Below are positions 47,816-57,145 of a DNA stretch of 64,000 bases, piece after piece. This DNA comes from an uncultured Candidatus Saccharibacteria bacterium. Lineage in GTDB: Bacteria; Patescibacteriota; Doudnabacteria; UBA920. The position numbers and the translations under genes were made by a program. The stretch lies in contig CAZBAS010000005.1 of NCBI GenBank assembly GCA_964490395.1, positions 17,167 through 81,166 on the forward strand, read 5' to 3'. Each line of letters begins with the position of its first letter. Within the stretch, counting starts at the first letter, position 1. Below the pieces are notes generated by a model that was given only the letters and a program-made list of their open reading frames with translations, was not told the DNA's origin and did no database searches.

Positions 47816-48208
47816 ATGCACAAAGACATTACTGCATATAATGGCGCACAAAGCAAAGAACGGCAAGCTATTTGCACAGAGCTCGCAAAAGAAATAGATG
47901 CCGGTTTACCCAAAGCAGAAAGCAAGGTCTGGCACGGACACCCGGTCTGGTTTTTGGATGGCAACCCAGTAGTGGGCTATGCCGCACGCAAACAAAATGT
48001 GCAACTCCTTTTTTGGAGTGGGCAGTCGTTTGAAGAACCCGGCCTGGAACCCGAGGGTTCATTTAAAGCAGCAGAGAAGCGGTACGCTACCAAAGAAGAA
48101 ATAAACACTAAAGACTTAAAACGCTGGCTCAAAAAAGCAAAAACTATTCAGTGGGACTATAAGAATATAGTGAAGCGCAAAGGTAAGCTGGTGCGGCTAG
48201 AACAGTAA
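47816..48208 (+). CDS. DUF1801 (YdhG-like) family protein, second copy
   Basis: VWHGHPVWFLDGNPVVGYAARKQNVQLLFWSG; ATG at 47816. Confidence 0.55.
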   Translation: MHKDITAYNGAQSKERQAICTELAKEIDAGLPKAESKVWHGHPVWFLDGNPVVGYAARKQNVQLLFWSGQSFEEPGLEPEGSFKAAEKRYATKEEINTKDLKRWLKKAKTIQWDYKNIVKRKGKLVRLEQ

Positions 48209-48263
48209 AGTTTTAATGTAAAAGTCGTTACGATGGTGACCAGTCATAACGGCTTTTATTATT

Positions 48264-49076
48264 TTATACTTCTGCTGTATCTTTTTTGGGCAATCTGTAC
48301 ATTATTCGTGCAGCGGTTATGGTTTGTGGGTAGAGTTTTTCCAGTCTCTCTTCCATATCTTCCGGTATTTCATGACTTGGTGTATCGTTTTCAAGTACAG
48401 CAAGCTGAAAGATAGTATCTTGCCATATGTCTTCCCCATACTGCCCCATTTGTTCTAGCTGGTCTAGGAAGTACGCGCGGTACTCATTTAGTTTTTCACC
48501 CATAGAAGCCATGAACATGACTGAAGGCATTGGAGGAAGCTTCCGAGCTTTCAGGATGGCCTCTTCCGCCATAAAGGCGAGTGTGTGATTCGGTAGCTCG
48601 CTTGCTTCCAGCAGCCCAATACCAGTCTTTTCATCGGCCCCAAAGTTCTGACAATATTCCGCTATGAGCTGTTTGGAAATTTTTACTGGAATGACCGATA
48701 ATTTTATATTGTCTTGAAAATTTGTACTCGCTGCATCTCTAAAACCGAAAATTTGTGTACTTGCGCTATCTGGTTTTTCTTTGTTTTGGTTCTCAAGAGT
48801 GGTATCGTAAAAGTACACTAAGTCTAGGTCTGAGTTTTCTGCGGCATACCCGCGAACCCGTGAGCCGAACACGCCGAGCCCAACAGCTGTCTCGTGCTCC
48901 TTTGCGTATTGCGCAAAGAAAGCCCTCAGTTCGCTAAAGCGTTCGTGGGTTGGCCCATGGTCGGGAATGAAGAACCGCCGGTCGTTTAATACACCGCTCT
49001 CTGCAATCTGTCGGTAACGTTCTTCTTTTAGTCTTGTGTCTGAAAATAGTTCTTTACGAAAGTTATGTTCTGACAT
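48264..49076 (-). CDS. Nucleotidyltransferase-domain protein (Pol-beta-like NTase fold)
   Basis: GVFGSRVRGYAAENSDLDLVYFYD matches the GS...SDxD minimal NTase motif; likely start MSEHNF at 49076. Confidence 0.6.
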   Translation of the reverse strand: MSEHNFRKELFSDTRLKEERYRQIAESGVLNDRRFFIPDHGPTHERFSELRAFFAQYAKEHETAVGLGVFGSRVRGYAAENSDLDLVYFYDTTLENQNKEKPDSASTQIFGFRDAASTNFQDNIKLSVIPVKISKQLIAEYCQNFGADEKTGIGLLEASELPNHTLAFMAEEAILKARKLPPMPSVMFMASMGEKLNEYRAYFLDQLEQMGQYGEDIWQDTIFQLAVLENDTPSHEIPEDMEERLEKLYPQTITAARIMYRLPKKDTAEV

Positions 49077-49136
49077 ATGCTGGCAGTGTACCACAACCAT
49101 AAAGGCTTAGAAAAGTATGGGTCTTAGGAAATAAGT

Positions 49137-50000
49137 ATGGCACGAAAACTATTAACCGCGGGAGATTTACAGACTATTTTAACCAATTTTAAAATTGGTA
49201 CTTTGGCACGTAAGCAGTACATAGGTGTAACCATTGAAAACCAAAACTACAAAATAGTTACCACCAAAGGGATGTATCTGTTAAAGCTTTTTGAGGACGC
49301 AGATGTTCCGGCAGAAGATATAGCTTTTCAGAATAGTCTCATGACGCACCTCAGGGCAAGGGGAGTAAAGGTGCCAAAAGTTATTGCCACGAGAACTTCC
49401 GAAACCATTGCTTTGTTTCAAGGTAGACCGGCATCCCTATACGAATTTGTTCAGGGCAAGCACATCATTAAGTTCTCTAAAAAGAACCTTGCATCTATAG
49501 CCAAAGAAATAGCAAAGCTCCACACGGTACTACTGGACTACAAGTTGGAGAAGAAACACCAGAATTCTTACTACTCCGGCCAGGCGCAAGGGTATATAAA
49601 GGGTAAAAAGCTCCGCAGCATGCTTATACACGCCGACCTGGGTACGGACAACATACTTATGAAAGGTGATAGGGTAAGCGCTATTATAGACTTTGGTAAC
49701 ATGCACTGGGGGTACCTTGTAAACGACCTCGCGACGTTTGCATTAGTATTTGTAAGTAAACAAAACTTACCGTACCTTCCCATATTTTTTGCTGAGTACC
49801 AAAAACACCTCAAACTCACCGAAGACGAAAAAGCCAGCCTGCACTTTTTTATGACCGAACACACCAAAGGTGTGCTCCGGTGGACAAAACAACAAGCCAA
49901 GCTGAAGCGAGGTACGCAGCTTGCACTTATACATAAAATCCAAACTGCCTATACCAAAAAGCTAGAGTCGCTTAAGCAGAGTAAATTGTTCTCACTATAA
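49137..50000 (+). CDS. Phosphotransferase-family protein (APH / homoserine-kinase-type-II-like kinase fold)
   Basis: HADLGTDNILMKGDRVSAIIDFGNMHWG matches the Brenner catalytic motif HxDxxxxN plus an IDF(G) metal-binding Asp. Confidence 0.7.
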   Translation: MARKLLTAGDLQTILTNFKIGTLARKQYIGVTIENQNYKIVTTKGMYLLKLFEDADVPAEDIAFQNSLMTHLRARGVKVPKVIATRTSETIALFQGRPASLYEFVQGKHIIKFSKKNLASIAKEIAKLHTVLLDYKLEKKHQNSYYSGQAQGYIKGKKLRSMLIHADLGTDNILMKGDRVSAIIDFGNMHWGYLVNDLATFALVFVSKQNLPYLPIFFAEYQKHLKLTEDEKASLHFFMTEHTKGVLRWTKQQAKLKRGTQLALIHKIQTAYTKKLESLKQSKLFSL

Positions 50001-50007
50001 AATTAGG

Positions 50008-50024
50008 CGAAAGGGTAACCCTTT
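50008..50024 (+). terminator. AAAGGGTAACCCTTT hairpin after the APH-like gene
   Basis: cgaaagggtaacccttttgag. Confidence 0.45.
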
Positions 50025-50514
50025 TGAGTTAATGTATGGATGTATATATTCAAACAAATATACAGCAGTGCAAGAGTCTGTTCAGAGAGGCTGGTTTTCG
50101 TATAATTGAAAGGTCGGGTTATGCTGATGCTGAACTTAAAACTTCTTTTGGCAGATTCCACATACATTTTGCGGCGTTGCCAACGCAGGTGTATGCCGAT
50201 TTGCATTATGATTTGCGCGTGCATTTTCTATTCTTAGGGGTCTTTTACCAGCGCTTTACAGAAGGTTTTTTAAAACAAGTTTTATTACCTGTATTGGTGA
50301 AACATAAAATTGGTTATTCGTGGTCCAAATCAAGTTGGCTTCGAAGAAGAAATAGAGCAATCCTGTGGGGTATGAGAATTTAGTTGAAATTTTGTGCTAA
50401 AGAGTGCCTTTGCCACAACCGCTCGTATTATAAAAACCATGTGTTTGCATGGTTTTTCTTTTGGGTTTATTCTAGATTTATAAATGGCTATCAAATTTTT
50501 TAGATGCTTAATTT

Positions 50515-51252
50515 ATGAAACATAAATTTTTAGTGTTGTGGTTGGCCGGGTTGGTTGGTGCAGCAGCGGTGCTGCCCTATGCTTTTACTTTGCAGCACGA
50601 CATTATAGCTAAAGTAGGGAAGCCGTTGCTGGTACTGGTGTTTGCTTCCCTTGCTCAAACAGCAGTACTGCTCGCCATTGCTCTATTCTTCGGACTAAAG
50701 CTTGCCAAGCGTGTGGGCTTGTCTGTGCTAGAGGTTGGCTTGCCGGCAAAAGAAAAGCTGCGTGAGTTTTTAACTCTTACCGTTGGCGCAGGTGTGGTAA
50801 CTGGACTACTTATTACTCTTGGCGATAAAATTTTTGGCCAATATTTACCGCAGCTTGCAGCGGTGAACGGCAGCGTGGCACTTTGGAAAACTTTGCTTGC
50901 TTCTCTCTACGGGGGAGTAGTAGAAGAAGTGCTCATGCGCCTGTTCTGCATGTCCCTGTTCGCCTGGTTGTTCGCCACATTGTTTAGAGTGACCGAGCCC
51001 ACGAAAAATGCACTCGTTATGTGGACGGCCATAGTTATTTCCACGGTGCTGTTTGGCTTAGGTCACCTGCCCGTAACTGCTGCGCTCACCGTTATAACTC
51101 CCTTAGTGGTAGCCAGGGCTATAGTGCTTAACGGCATCGGCGGCCTGGTTTTTGGCTGGCTCTACTGGAAAAAAGGCCTCGAGTACAGCATGGTAGCTCA
51201 CTTTACGGCAGATATAGTTCTGCTTACTATTCTTCCTGCTTTGCTCAAGTAA
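50515..51252 (+). CDS. CPBP-family intramembrane glutamic endopeptidase (CAAX protease / Abi-domain)
   Basis: EEVLMRLF (the EExxxR motif) and GLGHLP (the His motif), with multiple TM helices. Confidence 0.75.
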   Translation: MKHKFLVLWLAGLVGAAAVLPYAFTLQHDIIAKVGKPLLVLVFASLAQTAVLLAIALFFGLKLAKRVGLSVLEVGLPAKEKLREFLTLTVGAGVVTGLLITLGDKIFGQYLPQLAAVNGSVALWKTLLASLYGGVVEEVLMRLFCMSLFAWLFATLFRVTEPTKNALVMWTAIVISTVLFGLGHLPVTAALTVITPLVVARAIVLNGIGGLVFGWLYWKKGLEYSMVAHFTADIVLLTILPALLK

Positions 51253-51331
51253 GCATAGCCTCGTATCAAAGGGTGCCTTTGATGCTTTGATTCCCGCTTT
51301 TCAAACAGCGGGATTTTAGTATACTTATCCC

Positions 51332-52012
51332 ATGAACACAGACTTTACCGCCATAGACCTTACTCATGAGCTTGCCGAAAACATCCCTAGCTGGGATGGG
51401 GGCAAGGCTCTAGATTTTACACTAGCGCTGGACTACCCAGACTGTACGGCACCGGATATATTCCGCAAATATGATATTAAATCTAGCACGGGCATAGGGA
51501 CGCATTTAGACGCACCTGCTCATGTGGTCCCTGGCGGTCGGACCATAGACCAACTTACTTTAGAGGAGCTCATTGCTCCTTGTGTGGTTATTGACGTAAG
51601 TGCTGAAGCAAGTGAAAACTATATTGCCATGCCAGCTGCGGTTGAGAGGTTTGAACAAGAACATGGACCCATACCCGCTGGTTCCGTAGTTATTTTTTAC
51701 ACTGGATGGGACAAGAAGTGGGCTACTCCAGAGCAGTACCATAACAACCATGTATTTCCGAGTGTACACATTTCTACAGCAGAACTATTACTTACAAAAG
51801 GTGTGGCTGGTATAGGCATAGATACATTTTCTTGTGACACCGGCGCACATGGTTTTCCGGTGCACAGAGCGGTGCTGGGGGCGGATAAATATTTATTAGA
51901 GAACATAGCCAATGCGGGCCAACTACCGCTAACGGGTAGTAAAGTGTTGGTGTTGCCTATGAACATTAAAGGTGTAACCGAAGCTCCGTTGCGGTTAATT
52001 GCAATTATATAA
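51332..52012 (+). CDS. Cyclase-family protein (kynurenine formamidase-like)
   Basis: THLDAPAHV (the HxDxPxH motif). Confidence 0.7.
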   Translation: MNTDFTAIDLTHELAENIPSWDGGKALDFTLALDYPDCTAPDIFRKYDIKSSTGIGTHLDAPAHVVPGGRTIDQLTLEELIAPCVVIDVSAEASENYIAMPAAVERFEQEHGPIPAGSVVIFYTGWDKKWATPEQYHNNHVFPSVHISTAELLLTKGVAGIGIDTFSCDTGAHGFPVHRAVLGADKYLLENIANAGQLPLTGSKVLVLPMNIKGVTEAPLRLIAII

Positions 52013-52017
52013 ACTCT

Positions 52018-52740
52018 ATGAAGCTACACATTGTAATGCATGAAAGTTTTGAGGCTCCTGGTGCTATAGCGACTTGGGCGCAAAGCAAGGGTCATGAAAT
52101 AACGTATACCAAATTACATGAAGGGGATTCTTACCCAGAAGAGTGCAATTTTGATTTCCTTGTAGTAATGGGTGGTCCCCAATCTCCTGCTACTACGGTG
52201 GAGGAGTGTGCCCATTTTAACGCAACTAAAGAAATTGCGTTTATCAAAAAAGCCATAGACCAGAACAAGCTGGTTATAGGTGCGTGTCTTGGCGCGCAAA
52301 TGATTGGCGAGGCACTGGGTGCGCATTTTGAGCATAGCCCGAACAGGGAAATTGGGGTGTTTCTTGTTACTCTTACCGAAGAAGGAAAGCAGGACCCTAT
52401 AATTGGTACGTTCCCGGAAACATTTCCGGTTGGTCACTGGCACGGCGATATGCCGGGTCTTACCAGCGATGCAAAAATACTTGCTACCAGCGAAGGCTGT
52501 CCTCGGCAAATAGTGCGTTATGCGCCAACTATATATGGCTTCCAGTGTCACTTCGAGTTTACTCCGAAAGTTATAGAACTAATGATTCAAAATAGCACTG
52601 CGGAACTTGAAGCGTATAAGGACCTCCCATACATGCAAACAGTAGAGCAGCTTCGAGCAAATGACTACGGTCCCATGAACGAACTGCTGTTTCGTTTTCT
52701 AGATTATATGCAGGCCCTGCATGAAGGAGCACAAAGGTAA
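52018..52740 (+). CDS. Class I glutamine amidotransferase-like protein
   Basis: IGACLGAQM holds the nucleophile Cys; HWHGD...FQCHFE holds the His/Glu. Confidence 0.75.
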   Translation: MKLHIVMHESFEAPGAIATWAQSKGHEITYTKLHEGDSYPEECNFDFLVVMGGPQSPATTVEECAHFNATKEIAFIKKAIDQNKLVIGACLGAQMIGEALGAHFEHSPNREIGVFLVTLTEEGKQDPIIGTFPETFPVGHWHGDMPGLTSDAKILATSEGCPRQIVRYAPTIYGFQCHFEFTPKVIELMIQNSTAELEAYKDLPYMQTVEQLRANDYGPMNELLFRFLDYMQALHEGAQR

Positions 52741-52741
52741 T

Positions 52742-53179
52742 ATGCTTGAATATATTCCTACAACTCACCAGTTTGTGTGCGTGGTAAACAAAAAAGTAGA
52801 AGCGCCAAAGCTGCTTAACGCGCTTGGCCACATGGCCGCAGGGCTGGTAAACCAGTATCGGCAAGACACCTCTCTCATGCGCTTTCGAGACTTCATAGAT
52901 AAAGACAAAACAGTGCACCCCAGTACCTCAGAAAATGGTTTTATTGTGCTTCGCTCAGAGAATGGCAACCAACTTCGCACACTCCGGAACAAGCTTGTAG
53001 AAGAACATATTCTTTACACAGATTTTACCCAAACCATGGTCCCAGGTACCTATGTAGACCAACAAAACGAATTTGATAACACTGCGGAACAAGACCTCGA
53101 ATACTTCGGCATTTGCTTCTTCGCCGAAAAAGAAAAGGCGAGAGAGCTCACTAAAAAGTTTTCGCTGTATGTTGGCTAG
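52742..53179 (+). CDS. DUF2000-family protein
   Basis: FVCVVNKKVEAPKLLNALGHMAAGL; ATG at 52742, which is 2 nt after the upstream stop. Confidence 0.55.
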   Translation: MLEYIPTTHQFVCVVNKKVEAPKLLNALGHMAAGLVNQYRQDTSLMRFRDFIDKDKTVHPSTSENGFIVLRSENGNQLRTLRNKLVEEHILYTDFTQTMVPGTYVDQQNEFDNTAEQDLEYFGICFFAEKEKARELTKKFSLYVG

Positions 53180-53222
53180 CGTCTTGCATGTTTTAACAAC
53201 TATTTCTATCTAAAATTATCAC

Positions 53223-53972
53223 ATGAAGTTATTGCAGTGGAATATTTGGTATAAGGAGGACGCCGGGCATATATTAGAACTGTTGAAATTGATTCAGCCC
53301 GATATAATTTGTTTACAAGAGTCAACCATTGGCTATCCTGAAAATAACGGCATCGATGTTTCTAGTTTTTTGGCAAAATCTCTAGATTACAATTGTTTCT
53401 TCTGCCCAGCTCAAGAGTGGCAGCTCGGGGGTGTTTTGAAAACCCAAGGGAATGTTATTTTGTCTAAATATCCGATTGTGGACACAAGTTATCTATATAT
53501 ACAGCAACCGCAAGACCCAAGTCTAAATTCTAGTGATTATACAAAAGAGGGTAGGGTGTATGCAGAAGTGTGTTTGGATGTTAATGGCCAGGTTTTAACA
53601 GTGGGTACAGCGCACGCTTCTTATACAGATGCCTTTGTTGTCACAGATGCCAAAAGAGCAGAATTGGATAGGTTGATTAATGTGTTTCGTCATAAAAGAA
53701 ACAGATATATTTTTGCTGGTGATTTAAATGTTAATTCAGACGCAGATGCTATTGTGGCTATACAACAGCATCTGCAAAATCTTGGTCCTGGCTTTGAATA
53801 TCCAACATGGACTACAAAACCTTTTTCTTATCGTGGATTTGAAGAAAATAGGTTACATTGGAGGTTAGATTATGTTTTTGGCACTGAAGATATTGAAGTA
53901 AAAAACACAAGTGTAATAGATACCGAATATTCTGATCATCTGCCGTTACTTTTAGATTTTAATGTTAGGTGA
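53223..53972 (+). CDS. Endonuclease/exonuclease/phosphatase (EEP) family protein
   Basis: LLQWNIW...CLQE N-terminus; C-terminal SDHLPLLLDF. Confidence 0.8.
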   Translation: MKLLQWNIWYKEDAGHILELLKLIQPDIICLQESTIGYPENNGIDVSSFLAKSLDYNCFFCPAQEWQLGGVLKTQGNVILSKYPIVDTSYLYIQQPQDPSLNSSDYTKEGRVYAEVCLDVNGQVLTVGTAHASYTDAFVVTDAKRAELDRLINVFRHKRNRYIFAGDLNVNSDADAIVAIQQHLQNLGPGFEYPTWTTKPFSYRGFEENRLHWRLDYVFGTEDIEVKNTSVIDTEYSDHLPLLLDFNVR

Positions 53973-54004
53973 TTTTTTGAGTCTCGTTAAAAAATAATAT
54001 TCTT

Positions 54005-54457
54005 TTACCTTAACCAAGCAGAAATGTAGCTGCCGTATTCTTGCCGTTTGTGGTCGGGGAGGCGCGCGAAGCGACCAATGGTTTTTCTACAGCTGGGCGT
54101 ACCGCAGAGGCACTGCATTTGCCAGTCGCTGTTTTCCGTCATGTCGTAATCCCAGGTAAGCTCTTCGCCCGCCTGAATATCACGCATGGTCACGATGGTA
54201 AATAAATTTTGGATACCGCAGTTCGGCTCGCACGAGTGATTGAGCAGTTCGGCTATGCCGGTGCTTTCTCGGTAGAGGTGGGGCGCACATTGTACTACGT
54301 GGTCGGCAATAAACTTATTTGGTAGTTGGCTGGCGGATTCTGCTTCATGGAAGCTACCGTCAAAATTCGCTAGTTTTTCACCCTGCTTAATAACTGTCTT
54401 GGCAAAGACTCCCAAGCCTTTGCCCGGGGTTATTTTTATAATTAGATTTCCGTGCAT
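54005..54457 (-). CDS. SET-domain protein (second copy)
   Basis: GKGLGVFA, NHSCEPNC, ELTWDYD and a post-SET CLCGTPSCR. Confidence 0.75.
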   Translation of the reverse strand: MHGNLIIKITPGKGLGVFAKTVIKQGEKLANFDGSFHEAESASQLPNKFIADHVVQCAPHLYRESTGIAELLNHSCEPNCGIQNLFTIVTMRDIQAGEELTWDYDMTENSDWQMQCLCGTPSCRKTIGRFARLPDHKRQEYGSYISAWLR

Positions 54458-54463
54458 ACATTC

Positions 54464-54865
54464 TTATTTACGGATTAAAACTTTCATAGTGCTACTTTTT
54501 GCTTGAAAGAAGGTATCGCAAAACCTTTTTGCGGTGTGGGGGTTGTAGAGTCTGCAAGAGAAGATGTCTATATATACATTGCCATTGGCTTCTACAAAAT
54601 GACCGGTAAGTGACGAGGTTTCTATGAGCTGCATCATGGAGTAGCCGTAGAGTTCTGGATACCTACCAAGTTTAACTAGGGTAGTCGGGCCGAACTTGTT
54701 CACTTTGAGTAGCTTGCAAAGTATGTTGGTAAACGCTGTGAGTTTCTTTTTGCTCTTAATGGTATTACTGTTGCAGTTTCTTAAGTCTATATGGGTGGAG
54801 AGTCCCCAGCTGTTAGCTTTTTGGAATTCTGCCTTAAGTTTTGAATAGGGGAGGAGTTTTTGCAT
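54464..54865 (-). CDS. S-adenosylmethionine decarboxylase-like protein (SpeH / class 1b AdoMetDC fold)
   Basis: GLSTHIDLRNC (the G.H..D...C motif) and LIETSSLTGHFVEANGNVYIDIFSCR align to the SpeH autoprocessing region, but with TS where ES is usual; 6 nt upstream of the SET gene. Confidence 0.6.
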   Translation of the reverse strand: MQKLLPYSKLKAEFQKANSWGLSTHIDLRNCNSNTIKSKKKLTAFTNILCKLLKVNKFGPTTLVKLGRYPELYGYSMMQLIETSSLTGHFVEANGNVYIDIFSCRLYNPHTAKRFCDTFFQAKSSTMKVLIRK

Positions 54866-54978
54866 ACAGGTTTGCGTCGTACTTAATTATGTGTAGCAGT
54901 GTAGTGTTTTTTTATGCACGGTGTCCAAGAGGTATAGCCATTTTTGCATGTTTTAAACTATTAGTTTAATATACGTAT

Positions 54979-55803
54979 ATGCTTCTTACTCCAAAAACGA
55001 CCCTTTCCGAAAAGATATTGTTCGTGCTGGGCAAACATCCTAACAGTACGGCGGAATTTATTTTAAAAGTTGTAGGACCTTCGAATTATAGTATCCAGGC
55101 TGTATACAAAGAACTCAGAACCATGCAAAAGTTTGGGGCAGTGGTCAAGGTGGGGCATTCTTTTAGCTTGCGGGTATCATATGTACTGGCTTTGTCAGAA
55201 ATGTTTGACGCTTTTCAAACAATATCTCTAAGTAGTGGGTTGTCGAGCGATATCTTATCTGGGCCGAGTAAACAAGTGTGGAGACTAAACAGTTTAATCA
55301 AAGTAGTAAACTTTTGGGATTACTTACTGGTTGGGTTGGTGAGTGTTTCAAAATCAAAACAGCTGTTTGGATACACGAAGCACGCCTGGTACCATCTTGC
55401 ACAGCCCGAGGCAGAAGACCGTTACCTCCAGGCTATCCGCAGAGTCGGGGGCAAGATTTTCTTAACACTTGGTAGCAAGCAGCCGCTAGATGTGTGGTCT
55501 GAGAAATTTTGGCCAAAAGATGTTGTGGAGTTTGGATATGGAAAATCGTTTCTAGAGTCCGATGAAGACCTGGAGTTTGATGTTATTGATGACTATATAG
55601 TAACCGTAAAAAAAGACAAAAAAGTCTCTCAAATAGTTGAGGGCGTGTACAGCTCAGTTGCTCACCCGCGAGACTTTAGTGGTTTAGCGGAAATATTTCT
55701 ACGCCCAGCCAGTGTAAAAGTTGTGCTCGAGAAAAACCCTAAAAAAGCGATGGTTCTTAGGAAAAAGTTTACGAGGTTCTTCGGACTCAGAGTCTCTTAC
55801 TAG
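54979..55803 (+). CDS. Hypothetical protein (possible N-terminal wHTH)
   Basis: 274 aa; no family recognised. Confidence 0.45.
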   Translation: MLLTPKTTLSEKILFVLGKHPNSTAEFILKVVGPSNYSIQAVYKELRTMQKFGAVVKVGHSFSLRVSYVLALSEMFDAFQTISLSSGLSSDILSGPSKQVWRLNSLIKVVNFWDYLLVGLVSVSKSKQLFGYTKHAWYHLAQPEAEDRYLQAIRRVGGKIFLTLGSKQPLDVWSEKFWPKDVVEFGYGKSFLESDEDLEFDVIDDYIVTVKKDKKVSQIVEGVYSSVAHPRDFSGLAEIFLRPASVKVVLEKNPKKAMVLRKKFTRFFGLRVSY

Positions 55804-55881
55804 GTTGAGCTATTCTGTCTTGTGATTGAGAATGTAGAAGCCGTAGCTATGATTACCTGTTAATTACTATTTAGTAGCTTA

Positions 55882-56145
55882 TTAAGAATTGTGCTGCTCT
55901 ACTGCGGGAGAGGTTGGCAGATTGCCAATGAGTAGTTTTTGCTTGGAGTATATCTTTTTGATTGGGAAGCCAGCCTTCCAAGCTTTTTTATCTTCACCTT
56001 GCAGTTTGCTGTACATTTCTATTTGTTGTGAGGCAGCATCTGCAGAAAGGTTTGCTATGTAGTACGCATCAATCTTTCCGGTTTGGCTGTACTGCTTGAC
56101 TGTGGAGTTGGTTATAAAGCGATCGGGGTTTATCCGGTTTACCAT
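55882..56145 (-). CDS. Hypothetical small protein
   Basis: 87 aa; weak. Confidence 0.3.
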   Translation of the reverse strand: MVNRINPDRFITNSTVKQYSQTGKIDAYYIANLSADAASQQIEMYSKLQGEDKKAWKAGFPIKKIYSKQKLLIGNLPTSPAVEQHNS

Positions 56146-56325
56146 TATATACGAATGTGGTGCCGCCTTGACGCAGCTGTTCTAAACTTTGATTGGTAAA
56201 CATTTCGATTTGGCCGTAATCCTACCCAAAAGTATTAAACTTGGATTGGGAGAGCCTGTTTTTATTTCGGGTGAAACGTATGTGGCGCGTGCGCGTTATG
56301 TATTATTAGAAAGGAAATAAAAAAT

Positions 56326-56991
56326 ATGGTATCTAAATATGTATTTGCTGGGTTGTTAGCTCTCGTTTTAATTGGGGGTACAGTGTACGCGTCGCAGGGG
56401 GTAGGGCCTGGTGGTTTGCTCGAAGGGGCAAAGCACTTAAAAGATAAGGTGGTATCGGTGGCGGCTGTGAAAGAGTCTGTTCAGGATGATAAAACAGGAA
56501 GTAGTGAGACTGGTCCTACAACTGTTGCAGCTACAACCACGACTGAAGTGAACGATAATGTTCAAGAAGAACGTGTCCGTAGCGGGGATGATAAGAATAC
56601 AAGTGTAGAAAAGGAAAGTAAGGACGATGCAGACGAAGAGGGGGATGAAGATGGAGATGAAGATGAGGGAGGGCATCGTTCAACTGGTACCGCAGTAGTT
56701 ACTCAACCGGTACAAACTCCTACCCCAACCCCTGCTCCTGCGCCCGCACCAAAACCACAAGGGTACACTATGGCGCAGGTGCAAGCGGCAAATTCAGCCA
56801 GTAAGTGTTGGTCTGTTGTATCTGGCAATGTATATGATTTAACAAGCTGGATAGGTCAGCACCCGGGTGGGGCGAGTGCAATAAAAGCGATGTGCGGTGT
56901 TGACGCTACTTCAGCATTTCAAGGTCAACATGGTGGTCAAGCAAGACCCGCAAGCGAACTCGCTGGTTTTAAAATTGGTGTGTTGTTATAG
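56326..56991 (+). CDS. Secreted or membrane-anchored cytochrome b5-like heme-binding domain protein
   Basis: N-terminal signal anchor; acidic DEEGDEDGDEDEGG and TPTPTPAPAPAPKP linkers; C-terminal YTMAQVQAANS...CWSVVSGNVYDLTSWIGQHPGG. Confidence 0.65.
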   Translation: MVSKYVFAGLLALVLIGGTVYASQGVGPGGLLEGAKHLKDKVVSVAAVKESVQDDKTGSSETGPTTVAATTTTEVNDNVQEERVRSGDDKNTSVEKESKDDADEEGDEDGDEDEGGHRSTGTAVVTQPVQTPTPTPAPAPAPKPQGYTMAQVQAANSASKCWSVVSGNVYDLTSWIGQHPGGASAIKAMCGVDATSAFQGQHGGQARPASELAGFKIGVLL

Positions 56992-57145
56992 CGTGTGTAC
57001 GAGGTTGCTCGGGCACAGTCTGCATAATTGAATCACAAGGGCCATCTTCGCAAAACACGAGGGTGACCCTTGTTTGCAACAGGTGCATCCAAAAGAGGGG
57101 AAATAGCTTGGTGACTTTTTTCTTGCTTATCGATATACTTACAAT

